IMG/VR virus record: IMGVR_UViG_3300042383_000546 | Location: 1-64,000 of that record | From: a virus | Length of the DNA stretch: 64,000 nt | Reading direction: 5' to 3' (one strand) | In this document: positions 18,524 to 29,800 of the stretch, piece by piece | Layout: every line of letters starts with the position of its first letter | Position numbering within the stretch: the first letter of the stretch is position 1 | The notes under the pieces: generated by a model | Told to the model about the DNA's origin: nothing | What the model saw: the letters and a program-made list of their open reading frames with translations, nothing else | The model's database searches: none | Position numbers and translations under genes: made by a program

Positions 18524-18595
18524 TTTGTTTATTTTGGTGTAAATGTAAATGTTTTAATCAAAATATAGTAAATTTATGCCGAAAAAAAACCATAA

Positions 18596-19537
18596 ATGAA
18601 GCCAATTTGTTTGAACCTCTCAGAGTGTAATGGGTTAGGTGATTTAATATGTGCTACACCTACAATCAAAAAAATACACGATTCTTACGGTCAAAAAATC
18701 ACTGTACTATCCAAGATTCCTGAACTCTTTAAGACTAACCCTTATGTAGAGAAAAGTCTAAAATCAAGCTCTATAGATATAGACTATTTCAATGAGAACT
18801 ATTTGATGCACAATAGTTTTTATAATGTAGGCAAAAGAAACGAAAGGGGTATTGAGTACAAGCACAACATGACGGATATTAGGCAGTTTCATGCCATCCA
18901 CTTAGGGTTCATGCTAGGTAAAGACGAAATGGAGTGTTTTTATCAGCCCTTAACCCCTCTTACGATTGAATTTCCTGAAAAATACGTTTTGATTCACCCC
19001 GTATCTACTTGGGAAAGTAGAACTTGGAAGGCTGAAAATTGGATGCAGCTTACTCAAAGCCTGAATGATTTGGGCTACTATGTAATATCCATAGGGAAGG
19101 ACTCGTCAGAGACAGGATTTTTCAACGTAGATAAGCCTGTTTTTAATTTTGAAATTGAGAAAGGCATGAATCTGATGAACAAGACCTCTATTTCAGATTG
19201 TTGGCATCTTATAAATAAAGCACATTGTTTTGTGACTATGGATTCAGGACTTTTACACTTAGCGGGAACTACCGACACCCACATTATTCATTTGGGCTCT
19301 TCTATAAAGCCTGAGTTTAGAATGCCATACAGAAAAGGCAGACAAGGTGTTTACAAGTATGATTATGTAAGGGGAGGTTGTGGCTTAGAATGTGCTTCAG
19401 ATATGAAATACGGTGTAAAACAATGGGGGGATATTCAGGGTATAGCTCCCTTAATAAAATGCTTGGAAGATAAGCCTACTTACGAGTGTCATCCATTTGT
19501 AATTAACGTACTTAATAGAATTTTAGAAATAGAATAG
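18596..19537 (+). CDS. glycosyltransferase family 9 (heptosyltransferase-like)
   Basis: GLGDLICATP, RTW, DSGLLHLAG; C-terminal Cys cluster. Confidence 0.85.
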   Translation: MKPICLNLSECNGLGDLICATPTIKKIHDSYGQKITVLSKIPELFKTNPYVEKSLKSSSIDIDYFNENYLMHNSFYNVGKRNERGIEYKHNMTDIRQFHAIHLGFMLGKDEMECFYQPLTPLTIEFPEKYVLIHPVSTWESRTWKAENWMQLTQSLNDLGYYVISIGKDSSETGFFNVDKPVFNFEIEKGMNLMNKTSISDCWHLINKAHCFVTMDSGLLHLAGTTDTHIIHLGSSIKPEFRMPYRKGRQGVYKYDYVRGGCGLECASDMKYGVKQWGDIQGIAPLIKCLEDKPTYECHPFVINVLNRILEIE

Positions 19538-19540
19538 TTT

Positions 19541-20218
19541 ATGGCAATAGTATACGTTCATAGAAGAAAGGATATTGATGACCCATTCAAAAATGTATTT
19601 TATGTGGGGATTGGCTCATCAAAAATAAGACCTTATCAAAACACAGGAAGAAATAAACGTTGGCATCATATTGTAAAAAAATGTGGATATACTACTGAAA
19701 TAACTCACACTAATTTGATTAGAGAAGAGGCTTGTTCAATAGAAAAATATTTGATTTCTTTTTATGGTAGAGCCGATTTATTCTTAGGAAATTTATGTAA
19801 TGTAACAGATGGGGGGGAACTTAACCTAAATCGTAAAAAAGATGCAGAATGGATAGAAAAACATAGACTAACTCAAATTGGAAAAAAACGTACTGCTGAG
19901 GTGAAGGAAAAAATTAGCATAAGAACTTCAGGTGTAAAAAATCCTTTTTATGGTAAAAAACACTCGATAGAAAATAGGTTAAAGATGAGTAAAAAAGCTA
20001 GTGAAAGACCAATAAACATTAAAAATATTGAAAAAATGAGAAATATCAATATTGGAAGAAAAATGAAAGATGAATCTAAATTAAAACTAAGTAATGCAAG
20101 AAAGGGTATTCAATTTACTAAAGAACACAGGGAAAAATTAAGCATAGCAAGATTAGCATATTTAAATAAAAAACGTCAAGATGAAAAAGAAATTACTACT
20201 GATAACTCCACACACTAG
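19541..20218 (+). mobile_element. free-standing GIY-YIG-like homing endonuclease with NUMOD3 repeats
   Basis: VYVH...FYVGIG...R; NVTDGGE; NPFYGKKHS.E...KMS repeats. Confidence 0.8.
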
Positions 20219-22877
20219 TACGGGTGGAGCTCCGCAAGTAAGCGTAAATAAAGTAGAGCTACTCAAAAATGATTTTGAAATAAAGGTAGTAGAGTATAGC
20301 TTTTTAGCCTATCAGTTTGTGGTGCAAAGAAATAGAATAATTGACCTTGTAGGACTTGATAACTTTTACTCTTTAAGTGGAGACAAATCAGGAATGCTTA
20401 AAAAAATCATTGAAGACTATTCTCCTGATATTATATCAATGGAGGAGTTTCCTGAAATGTTTATGGATAAAGCCATAGCAGATTGGATATACTTATCTGA
20501 TAGGAAATACAAGATTTTTGAAACCACCCATGACAGTAGCTTTAACCCAAAGAACAAAATTTATACCCCTGACGAATTTGTCTTTGTAAGTGCTTACAAT
20601 TCACTTATGTATAATCAGTTTAATGTTCCTGCTTCGGTTGTGCAATATCCCGTAGACTATACAGAGAGGAATAAAGTAAAAGCTAGAGAGCAACTTGGGC
20701 TAGAACATGATTACAAGCACATTGTGGTGATTGGTCTTTTTACCCCTCGTAAAAATCAAAAATACTCTTTTGAACTAGCTGAAAAACTATCTGACTATAA
20801 AGTTAAGTTTCATTTTATTGGCAATCAGGCTGAAAACTTTGCATTTTATTGGAAACCTTTAATGGATAAAAAACCTGATAATTGTATTGTTTGGGGGGAA
20901 AGGTCAGACACAGAAACCTTTTTACAAGCTGCAGACTTATTTCTATTCACTTCTAAAGGTGATAAGGGGAATAAAGAATTAAATCCGTTGGTAATTCTTG
21001 AAGCTGCAAAATATCAAGACCTTCCAAAGCTCATGTACAATTTAGACGTATATCTAAACAAGTATAATAATAAAACTGACTTTAATCTACTGTCAGGTGA
21101 TACGTTACAAGACGTAGATAAAATAAAAGCTCTTACAAGCCCTTCAAATTTGTATGGTTCAAATGAGGAACTTATCGTTTTAGGTACTTACCCAAATCTT
21201 AAAAGCAGGGTACAACTAACAAAGGACACCATCAAAAGCCTGAAAGTCACAGGTAGAGACGTATTACTTATTTCTCATTTACCTGCTGATACTGAAACCC
21301 AAAACTTAGTAGAGCACTATATCTACGATAAGTACAACCCATTAACTCACCACTCTTATTATACAAGATTTTTTAGAAACACAGATGACTATTACGCTGA
21401 AATAAATATCAATGGACTTAAATATAGCAACCAATCTCTTTGTGTTTATACCAATTTGATAACTGCAGCAAAGTACGCAAAGCAGATGGGCTACAAAAGG
21501 TTCTTTTATACAACCTATGACGTAATCTTACATGAGAAAGATTTTGATATTATAGAAGATAGTTACAAGTCTGTGCAAAGTAGCAAAGGGGCTTTTTTAG
21601 GAACTTTAGATACACCATTTGGAAAAGGCATACAAACCAATGGAATGACATTTGACGTAGATTATTTTCTACAGGCTTTTGAAGATGTACGCACCCCTGA
21701 CAAATACAATGAGCTTTGTGAGAGAGTTGGAGCACAGAACTTTTTAGAAGACTTTTTAATAAAAGTAATCACAAACAATAATTCAAATAATGAAGTAACG
21801 CTCATTCATAATCAGGAGCAGACGCTTTTAAAACATAGTGGTTTAGGTGTTGCTTCTAACTCTGAATACTATTCTATTTTACCAATTGTTCGAAAACAGA
21901 ACAATTTTATGTTCTATTTCTATACATATAATGTAGATGACAGAAAGCTAAAAATTAGCATAGATAGTAAGAATTTCAATTATATGAAAACCATCGAAAT
22001 AAGTAAGACAAATGAAGCTATGCAAGAATTTGTTTACTCAGGTGAAGAGGTTCTAGTAACCTTAGAGTTTTATGATGGTGAACAGATTTACAAAAAGGAG
22101 CACTACAAGATAAATGAAGAGACGTTACCAAAATATAGCAATACAGGACATTTCAAGTGGAACAAAAGACCAAAAATAAAATTAGTACACCTTCAAACTA
22201 CTAGAAACGATGAAAAAGAACAAAAAAGCAGAGAGCAACTCCAAAAGGTTAGAGAGTATGGGTGGGAATATATCTTGCACACCAATACACCATACACAGA
22301 CTTGCCACCTAAACACAACTGCCAAAGACCCGATTGTGTTTCATACGAACTCTTCGATGAACCAACTATTCAGCGTATCGGAACTGCACTTTGCCCCTCG
22401 CATTTTGGTTGTTACTTAGCTTTCAAAGAAGCTATTTTAACTGAATTTGAAGATTGTGACTATTTAATGGTTTGTGAAGGTGATTGCAAAATAGAAATAC
22501 CAATAGAAGATTTTATCAAAACAGTAGAATCAACTTGTCCGACTATCACTGATAACAACGTAGGCTATATGTCTTATGGTGACAAAGCTACGCTTGAACA
22601 TGGGTGGCTGCAATCCCCTGTGGTTAGAGAAATACCTAATCAAGACTTAATTTACATTACAAATCACATTATAGGGCTTCAGTGTATAATGTTTCCAATC
22701 AATATAAAAAAATGGCTGAAAGAAAAATTAAGAACACATTCATGGGACGCTTCTGATATGTTCTACAATTCGGTATTCGTTAATTCGCCTTATAATATGG
22801 CAATACTGCATAAAAGAATAACATCACAATTTGATGGATATTCAACTATTGACAGAACTAATAAAACATTTTTATGA
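20181..22877 (+). CDS. multidomain glycosyltransferase (GT4 N-terminal plus two GT-A-like domains)
   Basis: TPHTSTGG, GLFTPRKNQ, ELNPLVILEA; later YDVIL and CEGDC motifs. Confidence 0.75.
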   Translation: MKKKLLLITPHTSTGGAPQVSVNKVELLKNDFEIKVVEYSFLAYQFVVQRNRIIDLVGLDNFYSLSGDKSGMLKKIIEDYSPDIISMEEFPEMFMDKAIADWIYLSDRKYKIFETTHDSSFNPKNKIYTPDEFVFVSAYNSLMYNQFNVPASVVQYPVDYTERNKVKAREQLGLEHDYKHIVVIGLFTPRKNQKYSFELAEKLSDYKVKFHFIGNQAENFAFYWKPLMDKKPDNCIVWGERSDTETFLQAADLFLFTSKGDKGNKELNPLVILEAAKYQDLPKLMYNLDVYLNKYNNKTDFNLLSGDTLQDVDKIKALTSPSNLYGSNEELIVLGTYPNLKSRVQLTKDTIKSLKVTGRDVLLISHLPADTETQNLVEHYIYDKYNPLTHHSYYTRFFRNTDDYYAEININGLKYSNQSLCVYTNLITAAKYAKQMGYKRFFYTTYDVILHEKDFDIIEDSYKSVQSSKGAFLGTLDTPFGKGIQTNGMTFDVDYFLQAFEDVRTPDKYNELCERVGAQNFLEDFLIKVITNNNSNNEVTLIHNQEQTLLKHSGLGVASNSEYYSILPIVRKQNNFMFYFYTYNVDDRKLKISIDSKNFNYMKTIEISKTNEAMQEFVYSGEEVLVTLEFYDGEQIYKKEHYKINEETLPKYSNTGHFKWNKRPKIKLVHLQTTRNDEKEQKSREQLQKVREYGWEYILHTNTPYTDLPPKHNCQRPDCVSYELFDEPTIQRIGTALCPSHFGCYLAFKEAILTEFEDCDYLMVCEGDCKIEIPIEDFIKTVESTCPTITDNNVGYMSYGDKATLEHGWLQSPVVREIPNQDLIYITNHIIGLQCIMFPINIKKWLKEKLRTHSWDASDMFYNSVFVNSPYNMAILHKRITSQFDGYSTIDRTNKTFL

Positions 22878-23896
22878 AAGTAATTCAAGTGATTTCAGGT
22901 CATCTACCAATAGAAAACACAGGCAACAGAAAATGGGGTGCGGTTGAGCTTATTCAATCTGAATATCAAAATGGTTTAAGAAATTTAGGTGTAGAATGTG
23001 AAATAAAATGGCTCAATGAAGTGCCTACTGATGAGAATGTTATACCGCATATTCATGTTGCAAATCTTTGTATTGAAGCTCAAAAAATGGGTATTCCTTA
23101 TATCTATTCTAACCATGACCATACTTCAGTGCACTATGGCAAAGGTAGTTGGCTTTATAACCAACAGCTAGAAGCTATTAAAGGTTCTGTTTTTTCAATC
23201 TGCCATGCTGAATCAGTTATGGACTTTTTTGATTCTACAGATAAGCTATTTTATTTGCCTCATGGAGTAGATACTAAATACTATATCCCAAATAAATACC
23301 CTGTAACTGAAAAGAAGTTACTGATGGTTGCTGCAAATGGGATGGCAGGTGACTATAATTTGGACAGAAAAGGTTTTAGATTAGGTATTGAGGCTGCAAG
23401 AAAACTAGATTTACCAATTACGATTGTAGGTACAGAGGCTAATGCTAAATTCTTTGAATTGAATAGTGACCTATTAAAGTACGATAAACTGACTGTAGAT
23501 GCCACTAACCCAACGGAAGACAGAAAGCTACAATACTTTCATGAGCACAGCATTTTCCTTCACCCCTCTTATCTTGAATTTGGCAGCCCTAATATTACCC
23601 TTTTAGAGTCTTGGGCTTGTGGTTTACCCATAGTGGGCTCTTATGATGGTAGTAGACACATTGAAGGTTTGCAGATTTTAAAAGCACTTAGTGTAGATGA
23701 GATTTGTTCAAAAATTGAATATGTGTATGATAACTATGAAACTATCAGAAATAAAATGCTAGTAAACAAAGACATACACGATTGGTCTACCATAGTTGGC
23801 TATTTAAAAAAGATGTACGAAGCCTATGAAGTTATTGGTATTCAAGATACAAGTGAGGAGGTTAAAACAAAGTACTTAAACATATACAACCGATAA
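22874..23896 (+). CDS. glycosyltransferase family 4
   Basis: WGAVE, HGVD, RKG, HPSYLEFGSPNITLLESWACGLPIV. Confidence 0.85.
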   Translation: MKVIQVISGHLPIENTGNRKWGAVELIQSEYQNGLRNLGVECEIKWLNEVPTDENVIPHIHVANLCIEAQKMGIPYIYSNHDHTSVHYGKGSWLYNQQLEAIKGSVFSICHAESVMDFFDSTDKLFYLPHGVDTKYYIPNKYPVTEKKLLMVAANGMAGDYNLDRKGFRLGIEAARKLDLPITIVGTEANAKFFELNSDLLKYDKLTVDATNPTEDRKLQYFHEHSIFLHPSYLEFGSPNITLLESWACGLPIVGSYDGSRHIEGLQILKALSVDEICSKIEYVYDNYETIRNKMLVNKDIHDWSTIVGYLKKMYEAYEVIGIQDTSEEVKTKYLNIYNR

Positions 23897-23897
23897 A

Positions 23898-24971
23898 ATG
23901 ATTAAATACAACCTGCACCATGTAAATGGTCTTTTCTTTGAGATTAAAAGTGACGGAGGTAAAAACCTAAACTACAATGTTACGTTCACTGACAACAGCT
24001 CTAATAAGGTTATTTATGAAACTTCTTTAAAGCCAAATATGTGGTCTAGGCTAGATAAGAGGTATTTGACTGATGTAACTATAGAAGTAAAGTATAACAA
24101 CAGAACCATAGAAAAAGTAAATATACTAGAGCATTTTAAGGGAAAAAAGGTATTTATATGCTTTGAGAGTAAGAGCTTGGGTGATACTTTGGCTTGGATT
24201 CCTTACTGTGAGGAGTTTAGAATAAAGTATAAATGTGAGGTAATTGTTTCTACTTTCATGAACTCTTTATTTGAAAAATCATATCCTGAATTAAAGTTTG
24301 TTGGTAGAGGTGTAGTGGTGGAAAATATTGCAGGTATGTTTGAGCTAGGTTGGTTTTATGATAAGAATAAAGAGCCTAAGCACCCTGTGACTATTCCCTT
24401 ACAACAAGCTGCCACTAATATTTTAAGATTAGAATACAAAGAGGTAATACCCAAATTAGACTTTACTCCAAAAGAAAGACCTATTGAGCAGAAATATGTC
24501 TGTATTTCAATACACAGCACAGCTCAGTTAAAATATTGGGACTATTGGCAGGAGCTAGTCGATTGGCTAGTATCTGAAGGGTATAAGGTAGTAGAAGTAT
24601 CAAAAGAAGTATCAGAGCTAAATAATCTAACAGAAATTTTAGATAAAAGTCTACCCTCTGTTATGAATTATTTGCACCACGCTGAATTTTACATTGGACT
24701 TAGCTCAGGAATTTCATGGCTCTCTTGGGCTATGCAAAAGAAAGTATTTATGATTGCTAATTTTAGCACCAAAGACCATGAGTTTCAAACGGACTGCATA
24801 AGAATAACAGATGAATCAGTCTGTCATGGCTGTTGGAATAACCCTGCTTTCCGCTTTAACAAGGGTGATTTTTTTTGGTGTCCCCTAAATGAAGACACTC
24901 CACAGGCTTTTGAGTGCCATAAATCTATTAGTGCTCAAAGGGTAATTGATGAAATAAAAAAAGCGGGTTAA
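23898..24971 (+). CDS. autotransporter-type protein O-heptosyltransferase (Aah/TibC-like)
   Basis: SKSLGDTLAWIPY, IGLSSGISWLSW, CHGCWN...CP...FECHKSI Cys motif. Confidence 0.8.
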   Translation: MIKYNLHHVNGLFFEIKSDGGKNLNYNVTFTDNSSNKVIYETSLKPNMWSRLDKRYLTDVTIEVKYNNRTIEKVNILEHFKGKKVFICFESKSLGDTLAWIPYCEEFRIKYKCEVIVSTFMNSLFEKSYPELKFVGRGVVVENIAGMFELGWFYDKNKEPKHPVTIPLQQAATNILRLEYKEVIPKLDFTPKERPIEQKYVCISIHSTAQLKYWDYWQELVDWLVSEGYKVVEVSKEVSELNNLTEILDKSLPSVMNYLHHAEFYIGLSSGISWLSWAMQKKVFMIANFSTKDHEFQTDCIRITDESVCHGCWNNPAFRFNKGDFFWCPLNEDTPQAFECHKSISAQRVIDEIKKAG

Positions 24972-24982
24972 ATACCCGCCTT
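24956..24982. terminator. hairpin at the junction of convergent genes
   Basis: gcgggt-taaat-acccgc flanked by an A-tract. Confidence 0.55.
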
Positions 24983-25861
24983 CTCTTGTTTCTTTATAGA
25001 TTCTATAATTTCATCTGCATTAAAGATTTCCTCTTCATTATTGTAAGGAAACTCCTCAAGTAGTCCTATAATATTGAATTTGCTAAATACTGATGCTTTT
25101 AAATCAGGTTTTACAGTAAATGGAGCTGCTAAGATGTTATCATGAAGCTCATAACCAAATACCTTTGGGGTATTAGCTATCCAACAAACAGTAGATTTTT
25201 TATTAAGTGCAGCAGCAGTATGTTGTAAGAAGCTGTCCATAAATAACCTTTTCTCACTCATTTCACAAAGAACTGCCATTCCTTTAAAGTTGTCAGTAAC
25301 AGAGAAAGTGCCTTCAAAACCAACTTGGTCTTCTCTTCTAGCATGAATGATATTGTATTCATTTGCAAAAGCACGAATTACTTTATCTACAATATGTCTT
25401 GGAATATCTCTAGCCCATGAATATTTTAGCTCCTGACCTGCAGCACCACCATTGGTTTGAATAAGCATGATTGGTTTGTCAGAGTAGTATTTCTGCTTGA
25501 AAAAGGTTCTTTCTCTTTCATTTATGATTACTTCAGGCTGCTCTCCGTCATAAGGCACATCAAACATTTTGCACCAAGTTTCAATCAAATGCTCTTTACA
25601 AAGGATATGCTCAGTAACATTGTATGGCTCATTTGCCATAACTAGAACATCCTGATTTTCGATATACTTAGAATAGAAATAGGCTTCTTGACCAAAGCCA
25701 AAAGCCATATCTACATCTTTACTATTAGAAAATACTTCAGGGTAACCTGTAAGTACGATTAACTTGTCAGATGGGTATTTTTTCTTAATTGCTTTACAAA
25801 CAGCAGTGGCAGTGATTGATTTACCGATTCCACCTGAGATGGAAAAAATGATGTTTTTCAT
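24968..25861 (-). CDS. GT9-like glycosyltransferase
   Basis: GGIGKSITAT, DSFLQHTAAAL..KSTVCW. Confidence 0.7.
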   Translation of the reverse strand: MKNIIFSISGGIGKSITATAVCKAIKKKYPSDKLIVLTGYPEVFSNSKDVDMAFGFGQEAYFYSKYIENQDVLVMANEPYNVTEHILCKEHLIETWCKMFDVPYDGEQPEVIINERERTFFKQKYYSDKPIMLIQTNGGAAGQELKYSWARDIPRHIVDKVIRAFANEYNIIHARREDQVGFEGTFSVTDNFKGMAVLCEMSEKRLFMDSFLQHTAAALNKKSTVCWIANTPKVFGYELHDNILAAPFTVKPDLKASVFSKFNIIGLLEEFPYNNEEEIFNADEIIESIKKQEKAGI

Positions 25862-25884
25862 GATTATTTTTTAATTATTAAGGT

Positions 25885-26280
25885 TTAAGCCTTTGTTGTA
25901 GTACTTGTAGTAGAACTCGTTGTAGGAGCTGCTGTTGTTGTACTAGTAGTTGTAGACGTTGTTGTAGGTGGCACATACGCAAGTACTGCTTGAGCAAGGT
26001 CATCTAATAATTGTTGGTCTAAGTCTGCAGCTTGTACTCTAAATGATTGAGCATTTGGTTCATTAGGAAGCCAATCTGAGAATAGCTCATAGAAGTTATT
26101 GATTGCATGGTAAGTCTTTTGACCTGCATAACCTTCAGGTCTTTTACTCCATACGCTGTCTACTACTAAATCTGCTAAGTCTTTTACTGCAGAATAAGGT
26201 GCTTGTACATTTTGGGTATCAGAAATAGCTTGAACTGTTCCAAAACCGAAGATGTGTAGTGTGTTCCAAGGGTTTGCCAT
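25885..26280 (-). CDS. protein with Thr-rich C-terminal tail
   Basis: PPTTTSTTTSTTT tail. Confidence 0.7.
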   Translation of the reverse strand: MANPWNTLHIFGFGTVQAISDTQNVQAPYSAVKDLADLVVDSVWSKRPEGYAGQKTYHAINNFYELFSDWLPNEPNAQSFRVQAADLDQQLLDDLAQAVLAYVPPTTTSTTTSTTTAAPTTSSTTSTTTKA

Positions 26281-26326
26281 TGTTTTTATTTTTATGATTG
26301 TAAATTTAGTATTTTTTTATTGATTA

Positions 26327-26815
26327 TTAACAAGGGAATGTACTAATAATATTACCGCTATTATCTACTTGATAGCTGTCTGCACCTGCTCCTTGAGAAT
26401 ACCACAAGTTTCCACCCGCAACAGGAGTTACTCCACAGCCACCTGACACATAAAGTATTGTAGGGGCTAAAGCGTTATCAGTATCAAACAATGTTAAAGT
26501 ATTGAAATGGTCGCATGGGTTTACATTGTTAGGATATAAGAATAATTGCTGACAAGCTGCTGTTGTCGTAGTGGTTGTTGTACTAGTAGTTGGTGGGGGT
26601 TGTAAATTTGATTTTACGACTAGTTGATTTGAAGCCTTACTTGCATATGGTCCATAAGCTGTATCAATATATACATAATAGTCAGCATCAGCTTTTGTAA
26701 TCTGCTCTGTGCTTACAGGGATGGTATTTTTTAAGGCAAATACCCCTGTAGTTACAGCATCTTGAAGATTGTTAAAAGATATACATTGATTATTTGCTAT
26801 ACCTGCCCAACTCAT
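26327..26815 (-). CDS. fibre-associated protein with Thr linker and Cys-bounded C-domain
   Basis: PPPTTSTTTT linker; C-domain similar to that of 12354..13355. Confidence 0.7.
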   Translation of the reverse strand: MSWAGIANNQCISFNNLQDAVTTGVFALKNTIPVSTEQITKADADYYVYIDTAYGPYASKASNQLVVKSNLQPPPTTSTTTTTTTAACQQLFLYPNNVNPCDHFNTLTLFDTDNALAPTILYVSGGCGVTPVAGGNLWYSQGAGADSYQVDNSGNIISTFPC

Positions 26816-29800
26816 TACGCTTCGTATTTTTTAAGTTTCTCTTCTAATTTAGCTATTCTTTCCTCTAGTGTCATCATTTTATAGATATGCACCTGATGGT
26901 AGTCTACGTTCAATTTACCTTTTTCATCTGTTCTTACAGTGTCAGGAAGTATCTCTTGTACGTTTTGTGCTGAATATCCAATATTGATTCTACTACTATC
27001 ACCTTCTTTCCATTTGAAGTAAATAGGATTGATATTATCAAATGAGTTTACTCTACAATGAATGTCTTTAAGTCTTTCATCAGAAGATTCAAAATATGCT
27101 TGTGCCCACATACAAGATATAGCACAGAAGTTATTCCAATAGAATGTGCTTGAACAACCTCCTGTAAAACAAACACCACCACCACCTGAATATGCACCTG
27201 ATACTGTAACATTTTTACCACCTAAAATTGCAGAGTAGATTCCTGATACTGTATTACCATTACCTCCTCCTACAAAAGAATGACATCCTGATGATGTATT
27301 AGAAAGACCACCACTTACAGTAGAGTAAAAATTTGATGCTATATTACCATTACCTCCTCCTACAAATGAACACGAACCTGATGCTGTATTAGTACGTCCT
27401 CCTGCTACTACTGAAGTATTACCTGATGCTGTATTTACACATGCACCTCCAACAACAGACATATAACCTAAGGCACTATTATTATAGCCTCCTGAAACTG
27501 TACTATAAGCAGCACACGCTCTGTTGTTAATACCCCCTGCAACTGTATCTGCTGTATTTAAAGCACAGTTTGTACCACCTCCACCTACTGTAGCTCTATC
27601 TCCTGAAGCTAGGTTTCCAAATCCTCCTGATACAGTAGCCCTTGTTGCTGTTGCAGAATTTGCACATCCACCACTTACAGTAGAAAAAGTACTTGATGCT
27701 GTGTTTGAAACACCACCTCCAACAAATGAACGGTCACCTGAAGCTGTATTAGTATCACCACCTCCAATTGTTGCTCTATAACCACTAGCAGTATTTAAAA
27801 ATCCACTACCTACAAATGCGTTATACCCTGAAGCTGTATTTGCGTTTCCTCCTGCAACTGTAGCACCACCTCCACACGCTTTATTATTTACACCACCTCC
27901 TATTGAACCAAATCCTGCACAAGTAACATTACCTTGTCCACCTGATACAGTAGAACAAGCTCCTGAAGCTGTATTAGACAATCCACCTCCAATTGTAGCT
28001 GATGCTCCTGAAGAAGTATTAGACTGACCACCACCTACAGTAGATTTATTACCACTTGCTACGTTTAAAGCACCACCTGCTATTGTAGCATCATAAGTAC
28101 CACTTGATGTGTTTGTATAACCGCCACCAATTGTACCTGTAATTGATGAAACTAAGTTGTTATGTCCACCTGCTATTGTAGTAAATCCTGCACAAGCTCT
28201 GTTGTTATATCCTCCACTAACTGTTGAACAAATACCAATAGCTGAGTTTAATTTACCTCCACTAACTGTAGATTGTCCGCCTGAAGCTGTATTTAACTGA
28301 CCACCACCTACTGTTGAGTGTGCCCCTGATGCTGCGTTTTGTTGACCGCCTCCAACAAAAGAACAAGCTCCTGATGCTGTATTACTACGTCCACCTGCTG
28401 CAACTGAATCACTACTTGAAGCAGTAACATCATATCCACCTCCTACAAATGACCATGAACCTGAAGCTAAGTTGCTATAACCTCCACTAACTGTTGATGT
28501 ATCACCACAAGCTATGTTTACAACACCACCTGATACAACGCTATGAGCTGCTGATGCTAAGTTTTGTCTACCACCTACTACAGAATATACTCCACTTGCA
28601 GTGTTATTACAACCTCCCCCTACAGAAGAAAAACATCCTGATGCTGTGTTAGATTGACCACCACCAACAGCTGACCTACTTCCTGAAGCTGTGTTAGATT
28701 GACCTCCTCCAACAAAAGAATAATTACCTGAAGATGTGTTTAAATATCCACCTGTAATAACTGAGTTTCTTCCTGTTGCTGTACTTGATTCTCCACTTAA
28801 TACAGATGAATAATAATTTCCTGATGCTGTATTATTATATCCTCCACCTATAACGTGCAATCCGCATCCACAGGCTCTATTTAAATTCCCTCCACCAATA
28901 GATGAATCTCTTCCTGATGCAGTATTGCAAAGCCCTCCTCCTATTGTAGAACAAGCTCCTGAAGCAGTGTTTATAAATCCACCTGAAATTGTAGAAGATT
29001 CGCCTGATGATGCATTTGCGTATCCTCCTGATACTGTTGCAAAAGTTGCACACGCTCTATTATTTCTACCACCTGCTACTGTTGAGTTAGTAGAATTAGC
29101 TACGTTTACACATCCTCCACCAATAAAAGAAAATGCTCCTGAAGCAGTATTATTTTGTCCACCTGCTACTGTAGAATTAGTAGCACTTGAAACATTATAT
29201 GAGCCGCTTACTGTTGAAGCACCACCTGATGCTGTATTTGCCCTACCTCCTCCAATAGCTGAACAACCTCCTGAAGCTGTGTTTGAACGTCCACCTGCAA
29301 CAATTGCAACAGCCCCTGAAGCTAAGTTATATAAACCACTAAGTGAACCTGATTCATTACCACAAGCACAATTATATAAACCCCCACCTACTGTGGTATT
29401 ATTACCAAAAGCAAGATTTGATAAACCTCCTCCTACAAATGCTCTACAACCTGATGCTGTATTATTTACACCACCTACTACAACTGTATGACCACCTGAT
29501 GATGTGTTGGTTTGACCTCCTCCAATAGTAGAACAAGCACCTGATGATATATTACTAATACCACCTCCTATGGAAGAATATCCCCCTGAAGATGTGTTAC
29601 ATTTACCTCCTGATATTGTGCTCGTACCTGCAGGAGCATTGTTGCTTCTACCTCCTCCAATTGTGACATAATATCCTGATGCTGTATTAGAAGTTCCCCC
29701 TGCAATCAATCCTCCATACTGACTACTTAATGTATTGCCTTGACCACCTCCAATTGTACTATAAGCATTTGCTCCAATTACACAGACAATATTATTACTT

